A DNA stretch of 64,000 nt from assembly GCF_001194135.2 (NCBI RefSeq), contig NC_068986.1, forward strand, positions 95,612,614 through 95,676,613, written 5' to 3'. Source of the stretch: Octopus bimaculoides. Lineage: Eukaryota. The notes under the pieces are model-generated. The model was not told where the DNA came from. It searched no databases and saw nothing but the letters and a program-made list of their open reading frames with translations. Shown piece after piece: positions 50,777 to 64,000 of this stretch (its first letter is position 1; each line of letters starts with the position of its first letter). The position numbers and the translations under genes are program-made.

Positions 50777-51224
50777 NNNNNNNNNNNNNNNNNNNNNNNN
50801 NNNNNNNNNNNNNNNNNNNNNNNNNNNNNNNNNNNNNNNNNNNNNNNNNNNNNNNNNNNNNNNNNNNNNNNNNNNNNNNNNNNNNNNNNNNNNNNNNNNN
50901 NNNNNNNNNNNNNNNNNNNNNNNNNNNNNNNNNNNNNNNNNNNNNNNNNNNNNNNNNNNNNNNNNNNNNNNNNNNNNNNNNNNNNNNNNNNNNNNNNNNN
51001 NNNNNNNNNNNNNNNNNNNNNNNNNNNNNNNNNNNNNNNNNNNNNNNNNNNNNNNNNNNNNNNNNNNNNNNNNNNNNNNNNNNNNNNNNNNNNNNNNNNN
51101 NNNNNNNNNNNNNNNNNNNNNNNNNNNNNNNNNNNNNNNNNNNNNNNNNNNNNNNNNNNNNNNNNNNNNNNNNNNNNNNNNNNNNNNNNNNNNNNNNNNN
51201 NNNNNNNNNNNNNNNNNNNNNNNN

Positions 51225-51289
<65 letters not shown>

Positions 51290-51438
51290 ATGGTATACAT
51301 CATCATCATCATCGTTTAACGTCCGCTTTCCATGCTAGCATGTGTTGGACGATGCTCTGGCAATGAACACGCTTGACAGTGCAGTTAGTGCTCCACTAGC
51401 ACGGTGCCAGTCATTGAGTATGGTTCAATTACGATTTT

Positions 51439-51488
<50 letters not shown>

Positions 51489-51603
51489 TAATGATTTCCA
51501 ATCAAGATTAGAGTGGCGTAATCCGAACGAACAGGAACTGGTATATCCAGGAATTGGTATCTCCAAAGTCAGTCAGAAGGCCGGGGTCCATGTGAGTGTG
51601 TGG

Positions 51604-51709
51604 TATATAGTTAATCCAAACATGAACAAGCAAGAAAAAACACTGTACTTATTCCACGTCCTTGCGTTGTTGTTTTTTCTTGCTTGTTCATGTTTGGATT
51701 GACTATATA
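51604..51709. repeat. Fold-back: 39-bp arms (38/39), 28-nt loop; TA-flanked mini-MITE
   Basis: tatatagttaatccaaacatgaacaagcaagaaaaaaca vs revcomp of 51671-51709. Confidence 0.9.
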
Positions 51710-51787
51710 TATAAATATATATTATATGATGGTATACATATATATATATATGTATATGGAGGAGAGTCTGCCAAACTTAGTATTTTA

Positions 51788-53300
51788 TCTTAATACTGGT
51801 TCCCATATTACATTCATATCTGCACTAGGTCTGCTTAGGAGGTTATTGTATCCTAGCATATGTGCAGCCTCTTTTAATTTTCATATTTTCTAGTGGTGTT
51901 CCCTGTCAATTATTTTAACTTCATTACACAGTGGAAGGTGGTCTCCTTTTTTCCTTACATGATCGGCTATATCCGATTTTTCAATATCCCTGTGTATCAC
52001 AGCTTTACGATGTTCCTCTACCCTTACTTTAAGGGGGCAGCAAATTTCGCCTTTGTATAACCAACCACTACATGTAGTTTTTAGTCATATTCTCTTCTAT
52101 GGGTGGTTTTACTTGGAGAAGATATTTGTGAAGTGTTGTATTACTTCTGAATACTGTCCTGATATCATATGGACCGCATATCTTTAGTATCTGTTCTGAG
52201 AGGCCTTTAACATAGGGTAGACAGACTGTGCTTAGTTTATAGGTTTTATCCCCTCGCCTCTTCCTAGTTGGAGTGGATAGCATGTTCTTTGTTTTCAGAG
52301 TTGGGTCTTTCTTTATTTTGCTGTAGCTACCATCACTTACAAGACTTGCCAATTTTTCTGAGTATTCAGACCGTAGTATTCACCACTGTAGCATTGCCCT
52401 TGTCCGCTGGAAGTATTACAATGGAACTGTCACTAATGTTTTAACAGCAAACTTTTCTTTCTTAGTGATGTTTGGTTTGGGAAGTTTTGCTTTCTCTAGT
52501 ACCCGTCTCACTTTCCACTTTAGTTCATCTCACTGAACTTTTGGTATCTTTATGGCTACCTTCTCAATAGGGGCTATTATGTCCAAGTATGGAATGCGCT
52601 TGATGGTTGTCACAAAATTGAGACCTACATTTAGTACTGCTTCTTCAGAGTTGTCCAGATGTCAGCTACTTATGTTAATTAAGGCTTTCACAGGCAAACT
52701 TCAGTCATTATTCTCTGACCCTTGAGCTTCATAAGCTTATTAATCTGGCATGTCTTCACCTTCTCAAACTCTTTCTTGTACGACTTATCTAGATCTTGTT
52801 GGATTTTCTCTCTGTCATCTCTGGTTATTCTACCAAGTAATGAAGATAACCTGTCTCTGATTTTGTTATTTAGTTGATGCCTTTTCCAATGGTTATAATG
52901 GATCCTCTCACGGACAAGAGCATGCCCTGCTCTTTCCGCTACGCTTCAAGCTTTATTTGAATCCACAGATGTCGTTATAGTCAAGCCAGGTGGTGTTAGC
53001 TTTGAGTCTCTACATCTACACAGGAACGTTAGATGGTTTGAAATACAAGTTAATTTCTGATGGAGTTTCTCTGTATGTCTCCATTAAGTCTAATATTGGC
53101 TCTGTACCAATTAGATACTATATTTTGGGGATGAGGAATTATGTACATTATTTACAATGGACAGATGTCCCCATCTTCTTTGTTGTTATCACGTTTCAGC
53201 TGATGTACTCTCCAGTCTTCATCAGATATTTTGGTGGAATTTCGAACCCATCCCTTTATTTGACTAATGGGGTAAACTGTTCTTATTCCTAAGGTATGTT
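51788..53300 (-). mobile_element. Penelope-like element with RT core deleted
   Basis: N-terminal VLNVGLNFVTT, then Y..KM..LVSDGSY..IKKDPT joined directly to VCLPYVKGLSE....GPYDIRTVF and the GIY-YIG region (YKGEIC.PLKVRVEEHRKAV...KLKEAAHM). Confidence 0.85.
53187..53229 (-). ncRNA. Degenerate minimal hammerhead motif in the PLE 5' region
   Basis: UAU-CUGAUGA-A-GACUGG agaguaca UCAGCU-GAAA-CG-U-G-AUA. The cleavage position is G and stem II is mismatched. Confidence 0.5.
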
Positions 53301-53630
53301 GCTAATGGTATTTTTATATTGATATTATTTTTCAAGTCCCTGCTTAGGATTGAACATAGAATCTGAGTATTAGTAGCCCGCACTCTTATCCACTATGCTA
53401 TTTGCCAGTGGGCATATAGTGTAGTGGAGCCTCCCAGCATGATCAAACCATCTAACCCATGCCAGCATGGACAACGGGTGTTAAATGATGATGATGATGT
53501 ATATATATTTTTTTTTTAATTTGTTCATGGGAAACATTTTGAATATGCAAGTAAAGCTCCTATTCCATTATGCCGGCAACAGTCTAATGATGCTGTACTG
53601 ATATAATGTAGGACAAATATACTAATAATA

Positions 53631-53881
53631 ATAATCTTTGAATGAAATTTGTAAACATTTAATACATTACTAAGTGCTTTTCCACAAGTCATGTCTCTTA
53701 AGATCACAGTCCATGCTCTTGGGATGATTACAGTGTAGTCTGTAGCATCTGGTAGATCATCTTCATGGATTCATTTCTTCAGGCAATATTGCCTGAAGAT
53801 TGTGATCTAAAAAGACATGTAATTTGTGGAAATGCACGTAGCAAGACGTTAAATGTTTATAAAGTCCATCTAAAGATTATA
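53631..53881. repeat. Diverged ~80-bp inverted repeat enclosing a perfect 24-bp palindrome
   Basis: Arms about 53631-53711 and 53798-53881; tcttcaggcaatattgcctgaaga at 53776-53799. Confidence 0.75.
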
Positions 53882-54119
53882 GTTACTACTATATATACAC
53901 ACACACACTGGCATACTCAAATCTATAAATACATACACATGTATAAATCTCATTTGGGTGTTGAAGAATCAATCTTTAATTTTGTGTCTATGACACCGCA
54001 TGTATCAATGGTTGCATATATTATTGCATAATATAGCAATGATCATGAGATAATTGTAAATCAATAAAATAAGAGTTGGTTACTCCATTCTCTTTGGTTA
54101 AAATACGGATGCATGTGCG

Positions 54120-54310
54120 TGCTGGCAGAAATGTTAGCACACCAGCCGAAATGCTTAGCAGTATTTCACCTGTCTTTACATTCCGAGTTCAACTTTGCCT
54201 TTCATCCTTTTGGGGGTTAATAAATTAAGTACCAGTTGCATATTGGGGTTGGTTTAATCGACTGCCCCCCTCCCCCAAAATTTCAGGCCTTGTGCCTTGA
54301 GTAGAAAAGT
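54120..54310 (+). mobile_element. SINE (family of 942-1378)
   Basis: gctggcagaaatgttagcac..ttgcctttcatccttttgggg..taaattaagtaccag..gtagaaaag. Confidence 0.8.
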
Positions 54311-57300
54311 ATATGTGCATGAGTGAGAGAGAAAGAGAGTGTAGGTATATAAATCAATCCACAGAAGATGAATAGTGTAGAAGACTTCCTACAACCCTGT
54401 TCTAGAAGAAATAGATAATCCTAGTGGAGAAAACCAAAATTGTCAAAAAACAGATTAACTTAGGAAAAATCCAGGAGCTAGTGGTATATCAGGTGAGGTT
54501 ATTAAGCACGGTGGGGGAAGTTTGGCCTATCTTGTGGTCATGCTAATTGTTACTGGAATGGTTCTCCAAGTCCACAGGATTTGAAAGTTGCTATGATTTC
54601 ACTGTACAAGGGAAACTATGGTAAAAGTTTGTAAGATTTTCATCAGATTCTATCAAATTGTCAAGATACATACAATTGCTCTGTTGTTGTCACAGAGTCT
54701 CAATATAAATTTAGATCTGGTAAAAGTGCAAGTGCAGAGATTCCCCCTTTACCAAGTTTGCTTGATCTAAAGAATGTTTTTAGTATAGTAGAAATCCCCA
54801 AGTTGGGATGGCCACCTAAATTTGTCACGTTTGTGCAAATACATAAGTATGAAGGCCTACTTAAATGGTGCTCTGTTGGAACCAATTCCAGTTAACCATT
54901 TAACATTCAGATTATTCTGCCAATGTAATATTTATCTATTCATGTTGTTTTGAATTAATCATGCATTATCTTGTTGCTTTGAGATTTCAATGACTATTTT
55001 TAGAATGACATTGCAGGTCAGTGTGATAGGCCAACTCTGGCCAGTTTTAACATAAAACAGAACATTTGGGCCAGATACGGCTGGTTTAAATGCTAGAGTT
55101 TAAAGAGTATATATATCAGCACCAACATTATTCTCCATATCTTTGCACTTGTGAACGCTCATGCACTTCAAGAATGTGATCTAGGAATCTTTCTTATCTC
55201 ACAACAGGTAATCTATTTAATATGAATTGTTTTCAGAGTTAATTCAAAGATCTTTATTGCAAGATTTTAATTTGTTGTATGCTGACTAGTGTTCTAGTGG
55301 TTCACTTAGAATAAGACATTCAGAAAATAATGAAGCTCTTTTCCAGTACCTGAATTACTTGTGAATTTACACTAAATTTACATTCCAGGAGACTCATATG
55401 TGGAATGAAATATATTTGTTAATAGAACAAATTTTGAGGTGGATACTTTTCTGTAATTTAGATTTGTCTCTAAAGATGGCTACCTAGATTCCAAGACCAA
55501 TGAGAACTGGATACCTTCCCAATCACCAACCAATTTACTGCTTGGAATAACATGTCCCCATCACAATGAATCAGTTTTTATTCAGTTATAGGTTAGTTTC
55601 ACTGCAGCTTTGCGCAATTTCAAACAGGTTTGTTTAGACAACCCAGATTTGTAGTCTCAACATCTTCCTTGCAGCTTGCCATGGTGTTAGGAATGATATT
55701 TATACTAGGTCAGGATGTCTGAAAAAGAGTTTTGTGAAAAAAAAAAAAAAAAAAAAAAAAAAATTGTCAGAACCCTCCACTCCATTTGATAACTTATGGT
55801 CTTCTTCCTCCAGTAGTCTAGAATAACCTGCTGTCAACACAACTGATTTTCACACCTGGCTACATGGCAATGGTAGCTAAATAGTCTTCTCTACACAGCA
55901 CTGCTCAGGCAGTCTCATTCAGGATAATTCTACAACCCTTCCTTCATAATCTCACTTGTAAGATGAAAGAAAAAGCTAATTCAACAGGACATCATGGCAG
56001 TGCAACAGCTCTGCTCTAACTGCCAACACCCAGCCACATCTTGTATTTTCAATATTAATTCTAACAAGGGAGATTCCAACTGCTAGAAATAGCAGCAAAA
56101 TCTCCATCAAAAAGGAAGGACACATCGAATAAAGTCCTAGATATATTATGGCTCAATTAAAGAAAACAAGCAGAATGTACAAGTCACTTTAACATCCACT
56201 TTTCTATGCTAGCACCACTCAACTCACATTTGTCAAGGAAGATTTTTGATGGTCAGATGTCCTTCCTATCATCAACCAGCACCTGTTTCCAAGGTATGAA
56301 AAAAATTTTGGCCAATCTGATGATTGAAACAAAAGATATTTTATATATTAACTAAGTTTAGAAACTATAGGAACAAGAAAATGTGTCCAAAGGATTGCCC
56401 CTTCAATTATGCCATTCGTCTTTTGTCTTATTTCTGTTAAAATCTAAGCTTTTGTCTAAATTAATCTTGAACAGATTGAATTTATTAAAATAACTGAAAT
56501 TTATGGCTTAAATTGAAGTCGTATCACTAACCATAAAAATTTCCTAATAAGATAAACAGAAAATTATTTTAAGTGTGGAAATAAACTGTTTCTAAGTATC
56601 ATTAAATTAATGATGAATGGCAACCACCTGAGAAATTATACTAAAATAAAGAAAACACCAAGAAAAAATACCAGGTTTTAATAAAATAAAATTAGTTTAT
56701 TTAACTTGGAAGACCAAAAATTCTTCATAAATTTTAGAAAAGTATTTTATTATATCCAAGAATCTGGCAATTTGAGCCTTAAAAGGGTGTCAGAACCTCA
56801 TCACCTCTATAAAGAGCAAATCTTTTGGAAGGAAGAGTTGCATACAGCCTCCTTCAGTATAGAACTAAAAACCGAAATGGAAATGATGGAATTTTGAAAA
56901 CTGTTACCTTCACAAAAGTATTTTGAATAATTTACTACATTGGGAAATAAAAATTAATAAACGCATTTCAACACATGTTCAATAATTTTAAAGTTGTTAA
57001 ACGTAAATTATTTCAAATTTCAATCTAACAATGAATGAATGAAAGAGAATTAAAGGTTAATGCGCATTACAAATCTTACTAAGTAATGTATGGGATCTTT
57101 CTGGTTTGACATCTGATTGTTTTGTCAAATTTTTATAGATGCAGTTTCAAGCTAATGGTGAAAATTTCAACTGTTTTGGGGAGAGAAAAGAGACAAGTTT
57201 TAAAGCTTGAAACTTCAGCTTTAGCCAAGCATAATAAGCTGGAAGTCTGAAATGTCATTTCCCATAGCAACATATTGAAATTTAAACCAGGAGTAATGAA

Positions 57301-57904
57301 AGGAAAAAGTTAAAAACCAAGGAGGCTTCAGTAAGCTATTTTCCACAAAAGGAAATTAGTAATTGTTGGTAGAAGCACTGAGTAGCACTGCAAGAAAACA
57401 GGTTGCATTGAATTTTTCTGTGTAGAAAGGAGCCTGATCAGAAGGTGATGGTGCCTTCTACTCACAAACACCAGTTTCTACAAGGAGTTGAAAACAAATC
57501 ATGTGCAGAGAGCATACTCAGTAACTCAGTGAAGGTAGGTGCTGCTGGAATGAGGGTAGAAGACAAACACTGTAGAAGGACCTAGAATTTAGAACACAAT
57601 TGGTCTCAGTATGCTGTACCATGTTACACTTTTGTGATTTTTTTTATTTTTTTTTTAAAGAAAATGCTGCAGTGTATCAGCAGAGTACCTGAAAGTCTCT
57701 AGGTGAGGTATCAGATACAGGAGTCAATGAGAAAGGATGATCAATTTAGTAACAAAATGGTACAAGAGACAATAAGTCACTAAAAATGTTTGTGGGAAGT
57801 GACGAAGAATTGTACAGAGGACAGAGAGAAGCGTCCAGGATTTAGCATCATTTGCCAATTTTTGCTTCTTTACTGAGCAATGAACTGGTTTTGAGACAAA
57901 ACGT

Positions 57905-58374
57905 CCAGGTCAAGTCAAAAAAATGTTTTGCAAATATTCACAAGTCATTGGTCTGTTCTTGAGGAACTTCTTGACAACTTCTACTTATAAGGCCAAGCTT
58001 ATGGAAGTGTTGGTTCTTGACTTGTTCAACCATTTCAAGCAAGGCCTCATCTTCCACAACAGGTCTTCTTAACCTTGGCTTGTCTTTGAGGGTAGTGTCA
58101 TCTTCCTTGAAACATATGAACCAGTTTTGTGTCATACATTTGTTGACAGTTCTTGTGCCCCTGTTAATTTCTTTTGTTACTGCTCTTGCACTCAAGTCTT
58201 TTTCCACAGGTAGTATAAACTGGCTCTAATTGCAATTTTTTCACCACTGATTATCAAAGCTGTAAAATAAAGAATAAACAATTCAGCATTGATATTGAAC
58301 AAGTATCGAATTAATGATATAACAAGTTACTAAAAACACAATGGAAACAAAAAAAAAAACTTGACCCAACCTGG
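57905..58374 (-). mobile_element. Internally deleted mariner relic
   Basis: TVNKCMTQNWF.CFKEDDTTLKDKPRLRRP.VEDEALLEMVEQ; degenerate TIRs ccaggt(tgg/caa)gtcaa. Confidence 0.75.
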
Positions 58375-61300
58375 TAATAGGCATTTGAAAAGCACTTCCA
58401 TCAAGCAGTGAGAAGTTGCCACCAAAAGAATACAACTGTAGATTAAGTCTGAAAGAAATAAAGAAAGAAGAAAAAAAAACTTAAATTATACATTTACCTT
58501 AAAATAATTCATCAAAAATCTATCTAAAAATTTATATTGATACTAGAATTCTTTTACATTCATTATACTTTGAGAAGTGTCTTTTGTCTTTTACAGTTAA
58601 ATTCCTTTTCTACTACTGTCCACCCAACTGAAGGGGATGGTAAACATGCTTACACACAAAAGCTCTAAGAATGAAAACTCACAACTGGAACAGCATTTTG
58701 AGGTATCAACACCAACATATATAAAAACATTTTATGAAACTGTTCCAAAATTTTGATTGAAAAGTAGATAAAACACAGGCTCTACTCATTAAAAAAATAG
58801 TCAGAAAAATGGAAGATTTCTGACCTTAGCCAAACTAGGTCATCACAAAGAAGTGAAGTTCTACATAATTGGTACAAAGTAAGCTCAGCAAGAGTGAAGA
58901 GTTAATTGAAGCAATGCTCAATGTTTTACCATAAATTTGTCTATGCTAGCCTACCATCAGCTCATTACCAAGTAGTATATATTTTACTGAGATTTTGGTT
59001 AACTCTCAGTGCTGAGTTCAGAAGAAAGTAACATGAGGAACCATATCAGGGTCTTGAAGGGTCCCTTTTTATACAACAGAGTGGCAAAAGATAAAACATT
59101 TAAGTTAATAAAGTATCTTCTATTAAAAAGAATTAAATTAGAGAATACAAGTAAATTAAAATGGAGGCCACCTTTATCTGCAAAACTGGCGAAGACTTCT
59201 TTCAGTTACTGAATGATGACTGTTGAAACAGGAAGAATAAAAAGGATCATCATGGTTAGATAAGAAGTTTAAAGCTGCTGCCATTTTATAGAAAGAGAAA
59301 GGAAAGAAAAAGTAAATTCATCCAACACGGGGAAATTTACTTTCCAATTACCAGACGAAATTCACAGACACATTCATCTTTGTATCATCATGCTCATGGG
59401 TTAGAATTTGTCGAGGCAGCTTCTCTATGACCAGATTCCCTTCTTGTCACCAACCTTCACTTGTTTCCAAGCAAGGTACTATCTCTCCATAGCCAGATAT
59501 ACGTTTCACAGAAAACTGGAAACAAACCGCTTGTATGATGGTGACACTTATTTACAACCATCAAGACAAGGGCAGAGGCATGCACACAATTGGGCTACCT
59601 CACTGCTTTGATGAATGACCGAATGTTTAGCAAGACAGCTGCTGTGTTTACCAAATTCACTCACAATGCTTTGGTTAGCCTGGGGCTATAAGAAGACTTC
59701 TTATTCTATGCCATGAAACTGAACCTCCGAAACCACATGGAAACAAGCTTCTCAACCACACAGCCATGCTTGCATGTGTATACATAGCGTCAAAGTTGCA
59801 AAAATTCAGACATAACATTCAATAGAGAGTTTATATGCATAGATGAAGCATGGTTTAGTAAAATAGATGCCAAAATTATAACAATTAGCAATTTTATAAA
59901 ACCTTTGATATCCTTATGTTACCTAAAAGTTCGTTCCTAGGAATAATTGCATTTAATGTCAAATGTAATTTTGAGAACTTACAAATAAAAACTCCATATA
60001 TCATTAAATGGACAAAATACTTATACATATTTCTGCAATACCAGTTATTATTGTGCAGGCATGATTGTGTGGTTAGGGTCATAATTACAGACAGCTAAGT
60101 TTCTGCATAACTTTTTAAGAAAAAAAAAGCATAATTCTAAATGAAATTTCGCAGAAATAAGCTTTCGAGAATGTAGATTATGATTACCTTTTGCTTGTTT
60201 CAGTCAATAGGTTGCAGCCATATTGGAATACTGCTTAGAAGGGATTTCGAACAGGAAAATCCTAGTACCTTAATTTTTTTTTTTTTTTTTTATCATTTAA
60301 GCCTGGTAATTTTGTCGGTTCAATCTATTATGCTGAACTGCTGTGTATACAGGACGGGCTTCTTTCAGTTTTCTTCTACCAAATCCATTGGTCAGCCAGG
60401 GGCTATAGAACAACGCTATAAGTGCCACGCTGTGGAACTGGATCCGGCACCATGTGGTCAGGAAGCAAAACTTTTAACGCTCCTCTTCAAAATGCATATT
60501 TTTAAACGATATTTTGCAGACATACGTTTTCGAGAATGTAGATTATACACAGGTATATTGAAACCTCGAATATATAAACCCAAAACAATGAAAAATTCTC
60601 GATTTGAGTAAGCGTTCCCTAATTATAGCCTCGGGTTAAGTCTTCAGGGAATTTGGTAGACGGAACATGAAAGAAGCTCTACCAGCACCGCTTGACAACC
60701 GGTACTGGTTTACTTACGTCCCAGTAACCTGAGCAGTTTGTTTTTCAACTACATGGTCTCTCAGCTACCATCCCATTGTGGTACATTGGAAATGTCTTCC
60801 ATAGCTTGGGCATGACCAGTATCACGAGTAAAACAGTGCAATTAAAATCTGTAATTTGAAAAAAAAACAGGTGAGAGTTGGCGATAGGAACAGCATCCGA
60901 CCATAGAACACTTGCCTCAGTATTTACCCAATTCAGAGAAAGCAGATGTATGAACTGAACTCAGGATATTGGGGCACTCAAATCGTTTTGGCGATTTTTG
61001 TTTTCAAAATATTTTAGTAGAGTCAGTCTTTTGCAACTCCTGAGAGGGTTTCTGACTTATGGATTCTTAGACACACACACGCATATATCCATCCCAGTCA
61101 AATTACGGATATACCATTATATAGTTTTTTTTTTAATAACTAAAACACAATACGTCACTCTTGAATGCCAATTAGGAAATAATTCAAGTGAAAAATCTAA
61201 AAGAACCACCATGGGGCTTCACTCTGATAAAGTAAATTCTCTACATCGACCTGCAATAAAAGGAATTTAAATGTTAGTTACCACGACGCCATAGGTGACT

Positions 61301-62963
61301 CATGAATTCAAGAACCTAGTCTTCGGGAATGAAACAGTAACTAAAAATCACCAAAACAATTATACTTACACAAAATTGTTGGGTGATTCAAGAAACATAT
61401 TGGTATATTTTTGTATTTTAAGTAACAGGAGAAAAGGGGGAACTTAAGTGAATTATGCTTATTAAACCGAAATGAATTTTTGACTTAAAAAAGGCCCAAA
61501 CGCCGATTAGGGACGTTTCTTAAAAACTTTTTGGTGTCAGAAATAAAAGGTGAATCAGAAACCGAGGTGAAAATGAGTTCCAAATGGGAATAAGTAAACG
61601 AAAAATAGTTGGTAAATGTCTTAACTTTCTTATACAGGAGATGGAGGTGGTTGGTTGATTTGTTGAAAACGAAAAAAATATGAAAATTTTTGAGTGAATG
61701 AGCGAACACTAAGACCTAACTAGATTAAACAAATTGCCTGTCCTATATTGCCGAGATTGGAATTTTCAAAATTAAAATACAAATATACCATTATTTTTCA
61801 AACATGTATAATTACTGTAAACACATTGTTGTCGGTAAAAGATAAATTATTAGAAGAGCATCACAGCAAATGTTAAATGATAGGATATTTTGATAAATCA
61901 ATGCATTCTTCCAGCCACTCAATTTGATAGTTAAAACAGTCCCAAAAGGAATGACAATATTTTACATAAACAAGGGAATATTAAATGAAGCCCAGCATTA
62001 ACTGGAACTTATTTGGCGGAGTTGGAAAAAGTTATATTTTCTCCATTTTAAAAAGATTTTTTCGGAGTTTTATATTTTAAACATCGGAGATAAACATGAT
62101 ATTGCAATACAAATGGCGATCATACGAAACTAATACTTTAGCATAGCATTTAAAATCACTGGGGTCAAATATCGGCGAGTTGTTTTTAAAATGTGTAGAA
62201 ATTATCTATACATTGCTTCATCCAGGTAGCACTATTTTATTTCGGAAATTGATTCAAATCTACGTTTGATGTCTTTTCATTTGTGCCCAATATTGTTCTA
62301 AGTAATTAAGCTGTACACCGCCCTTAATGTAGCCAAGGTTAGCCAGGCGATCATAATTGAACCTGGCAAGAGATTATCTACAATGACATCTTCCAAGATA
62401 CCACCAGTTTGTTCTGGTGCATGAAGGAAGCCTCTTTTAGTAGTTTTCTCAAAAAACGATTCTAACTTGATTTTCAACAATCTGTATTTCATTGCCAGGA
62501 ATACCGATTTTAACGACATTCCTTTAAGGAAAGAATACCAGTTTTACTTTTTTAGGGAACAAATTTCCCAGCAATGCTCGTAACACTGAACAAGTTCCCT
62601 TTTCAACTTGTGCAGCGCACATCAACTGGTACTCCACTTGCGACGTCATAAACAAGACTAAACATCACGTTCAATGGTAACTCAAGGTTCCATAAACGTT
62701 TCCTTTCGTATAGAAATTTATATTTTTGCAAAATGAGGATATCTAAATAACACCAAGAGCCCGTTCAGCTCCTAATGACGCTACACTGACAGTCACATGT
62801 ATTCCGACTCGCAATAAGGAATTTCTTTTAAAAACTCCATAACATCAGACTCAAAACAACAGTATAATTTACTAGTGGAGTCGTCATTTTGAGAATCATT
62901 ATAAAAAAACAACTGTTTTGGTGTGCAAGATATTGCTTCATTCGAATCGAATTAATCGAAATC

Positions 62964-62995
62964 ATATGGCGCCAAACGAAATATGCGCATGCGCA
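62964..62995. promoter_or_regulatory. Likely core promoter motifs (NRF1-type palindrome, YY1-like)
   Basis: TGCGCATGCGCA at 62984-62995 and atatggcgcc just upstream, within CpG-retaining unique DNA. Confidence 0.5.
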
Positions 62996-64000
62996 GATAG
63001 CTTACAAAGAATTGGACTGTCCCATCGAATTTATCTTGTGGAAATTGAAAACGAAAAAAAATAAAATTTCATTTACAAAATAAATAATTAAACAATTTAG
63101 AAATGTTTTGACAAAAAAATTTAAAACTACCCCCCCCCCAATCGCGTACAGACGAAACGAGAATGAGAATGTGTGCAAAGATTGAAATTTTGATATAAAA
63201 AAAAAAAAAAAAATCAATATCTCCGATGTTTTAAAACATATCCGAAGAATCTTCAGAAAACGCCGTGAAAAGGGTACTCCTTCCATAACATCACTTATTC
63301 AATTCCATAAAAAAATGAAAGACCCACAAAATTAATCCCTTTGAAATTTAAACTGAAATCTAAGAAAGACGAAACAAAATATCACAAAGCATTTAGTCCA
63401 ACACTGATTCTGACACTCCCTAACCCCACCATGGAATAACGAGTAATCTGTTAGGCCATGAAGGAATTTAGTGAGAAAATAAAATATGACGCTCATGCTT
63501 TTGTCAACGACTACTGCAGCGTAAGTGAAGCAAACTGAATCGAGAATCAAAACTAGATCCACATATTCGGCTGGCTGGAGGGGAGCTTACCTCTTTTGGT
63601 CTTCTTTTCGGTGCTCTCCGAAGTGAATAAATAATTAAAACTAGCTCCAGAGACAATTGATATAGACACAGCAAAATCAAAATATAATTTACCTTTTATA
63701 ACTCCTGAGATACTTCGCCAACTCTTGCTAGCAACGGAGTTAACATTTCCTCTACCATTTTCTTTACACGATAATGTATGCGATATCAAGAAATGGAAAC
63801 TTGCTTCATTCGACACACATCATAAAATGAGTAAGTGGAATTAAAAGAATGGTAACTCATGCTGCTAAAGACCATGCGAGCTACTAAGGCAGCATGATAT
63901 ACATAAGACAGTATTTTTTTTTAATCGTAAGTAATAAAGTAACAAAAAGCATATAAATGTAGTAATCCAAATTTCATTTTAATATACTAATATAGTTTGT

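Noticed and set aside
23010-51366. Long ORFs of 200-440 aa in the track
   Set aside because: Made of X from N-gaps plus YI/CV/HT microsatellite translations.
55524-57534. Splice-bounded segments (minus about 55524-55719; plus about 57427-57534)
   Set aside because: The first is closed in all frames near its start; the second has no recognisable homology. Chance splice-like sites are common in AT-rich DNA.

Overview
AT-rich, gap-ridden animal genomic DNA. The SINE families, RTE 3' UTRs and dense (TA)n/(CA)n/(CAT)n microsatellites match what I recognise from octopus genomes (inference, no search run). About a dozen N-gaps produce all the long X-filled ORFs in the track. Two protein-coding loci are supportable. 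The first is the 3' part of an inward-rectifier K+ channel (Kir/KCNJ) gene on +: exon 5513-5716, probable exon 6890-7061 and probable terminal exon from 10496, which could give alternative C-termini. The second is an intact, intron-free hnRNP A1/A2-like gene on - (24335-25186; 2 RRMs plus RGG/YG tail). The rest is mostly transposon debris: tRNA-derived SINEs, RTE LINE fragments (one with a PHD finger inside the RT), two Penelope-like elements each carrying a minimal hammerhead-ribozyme motif (one with an intact core), four mariner derivatives, a hAT transposase relic, MITEs and a Helitron. There are also several near-perfect fold-back hairpins, a repeat-poor CpG-retaining block at about 15.4-22.9 kb, and a likely promoter at about 63 kb. 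Nothing here is a clearly new multi-gene system; the best leads are the ribozymes, the intronless hnRNP gene, the Kir isoforms and the hairpins.
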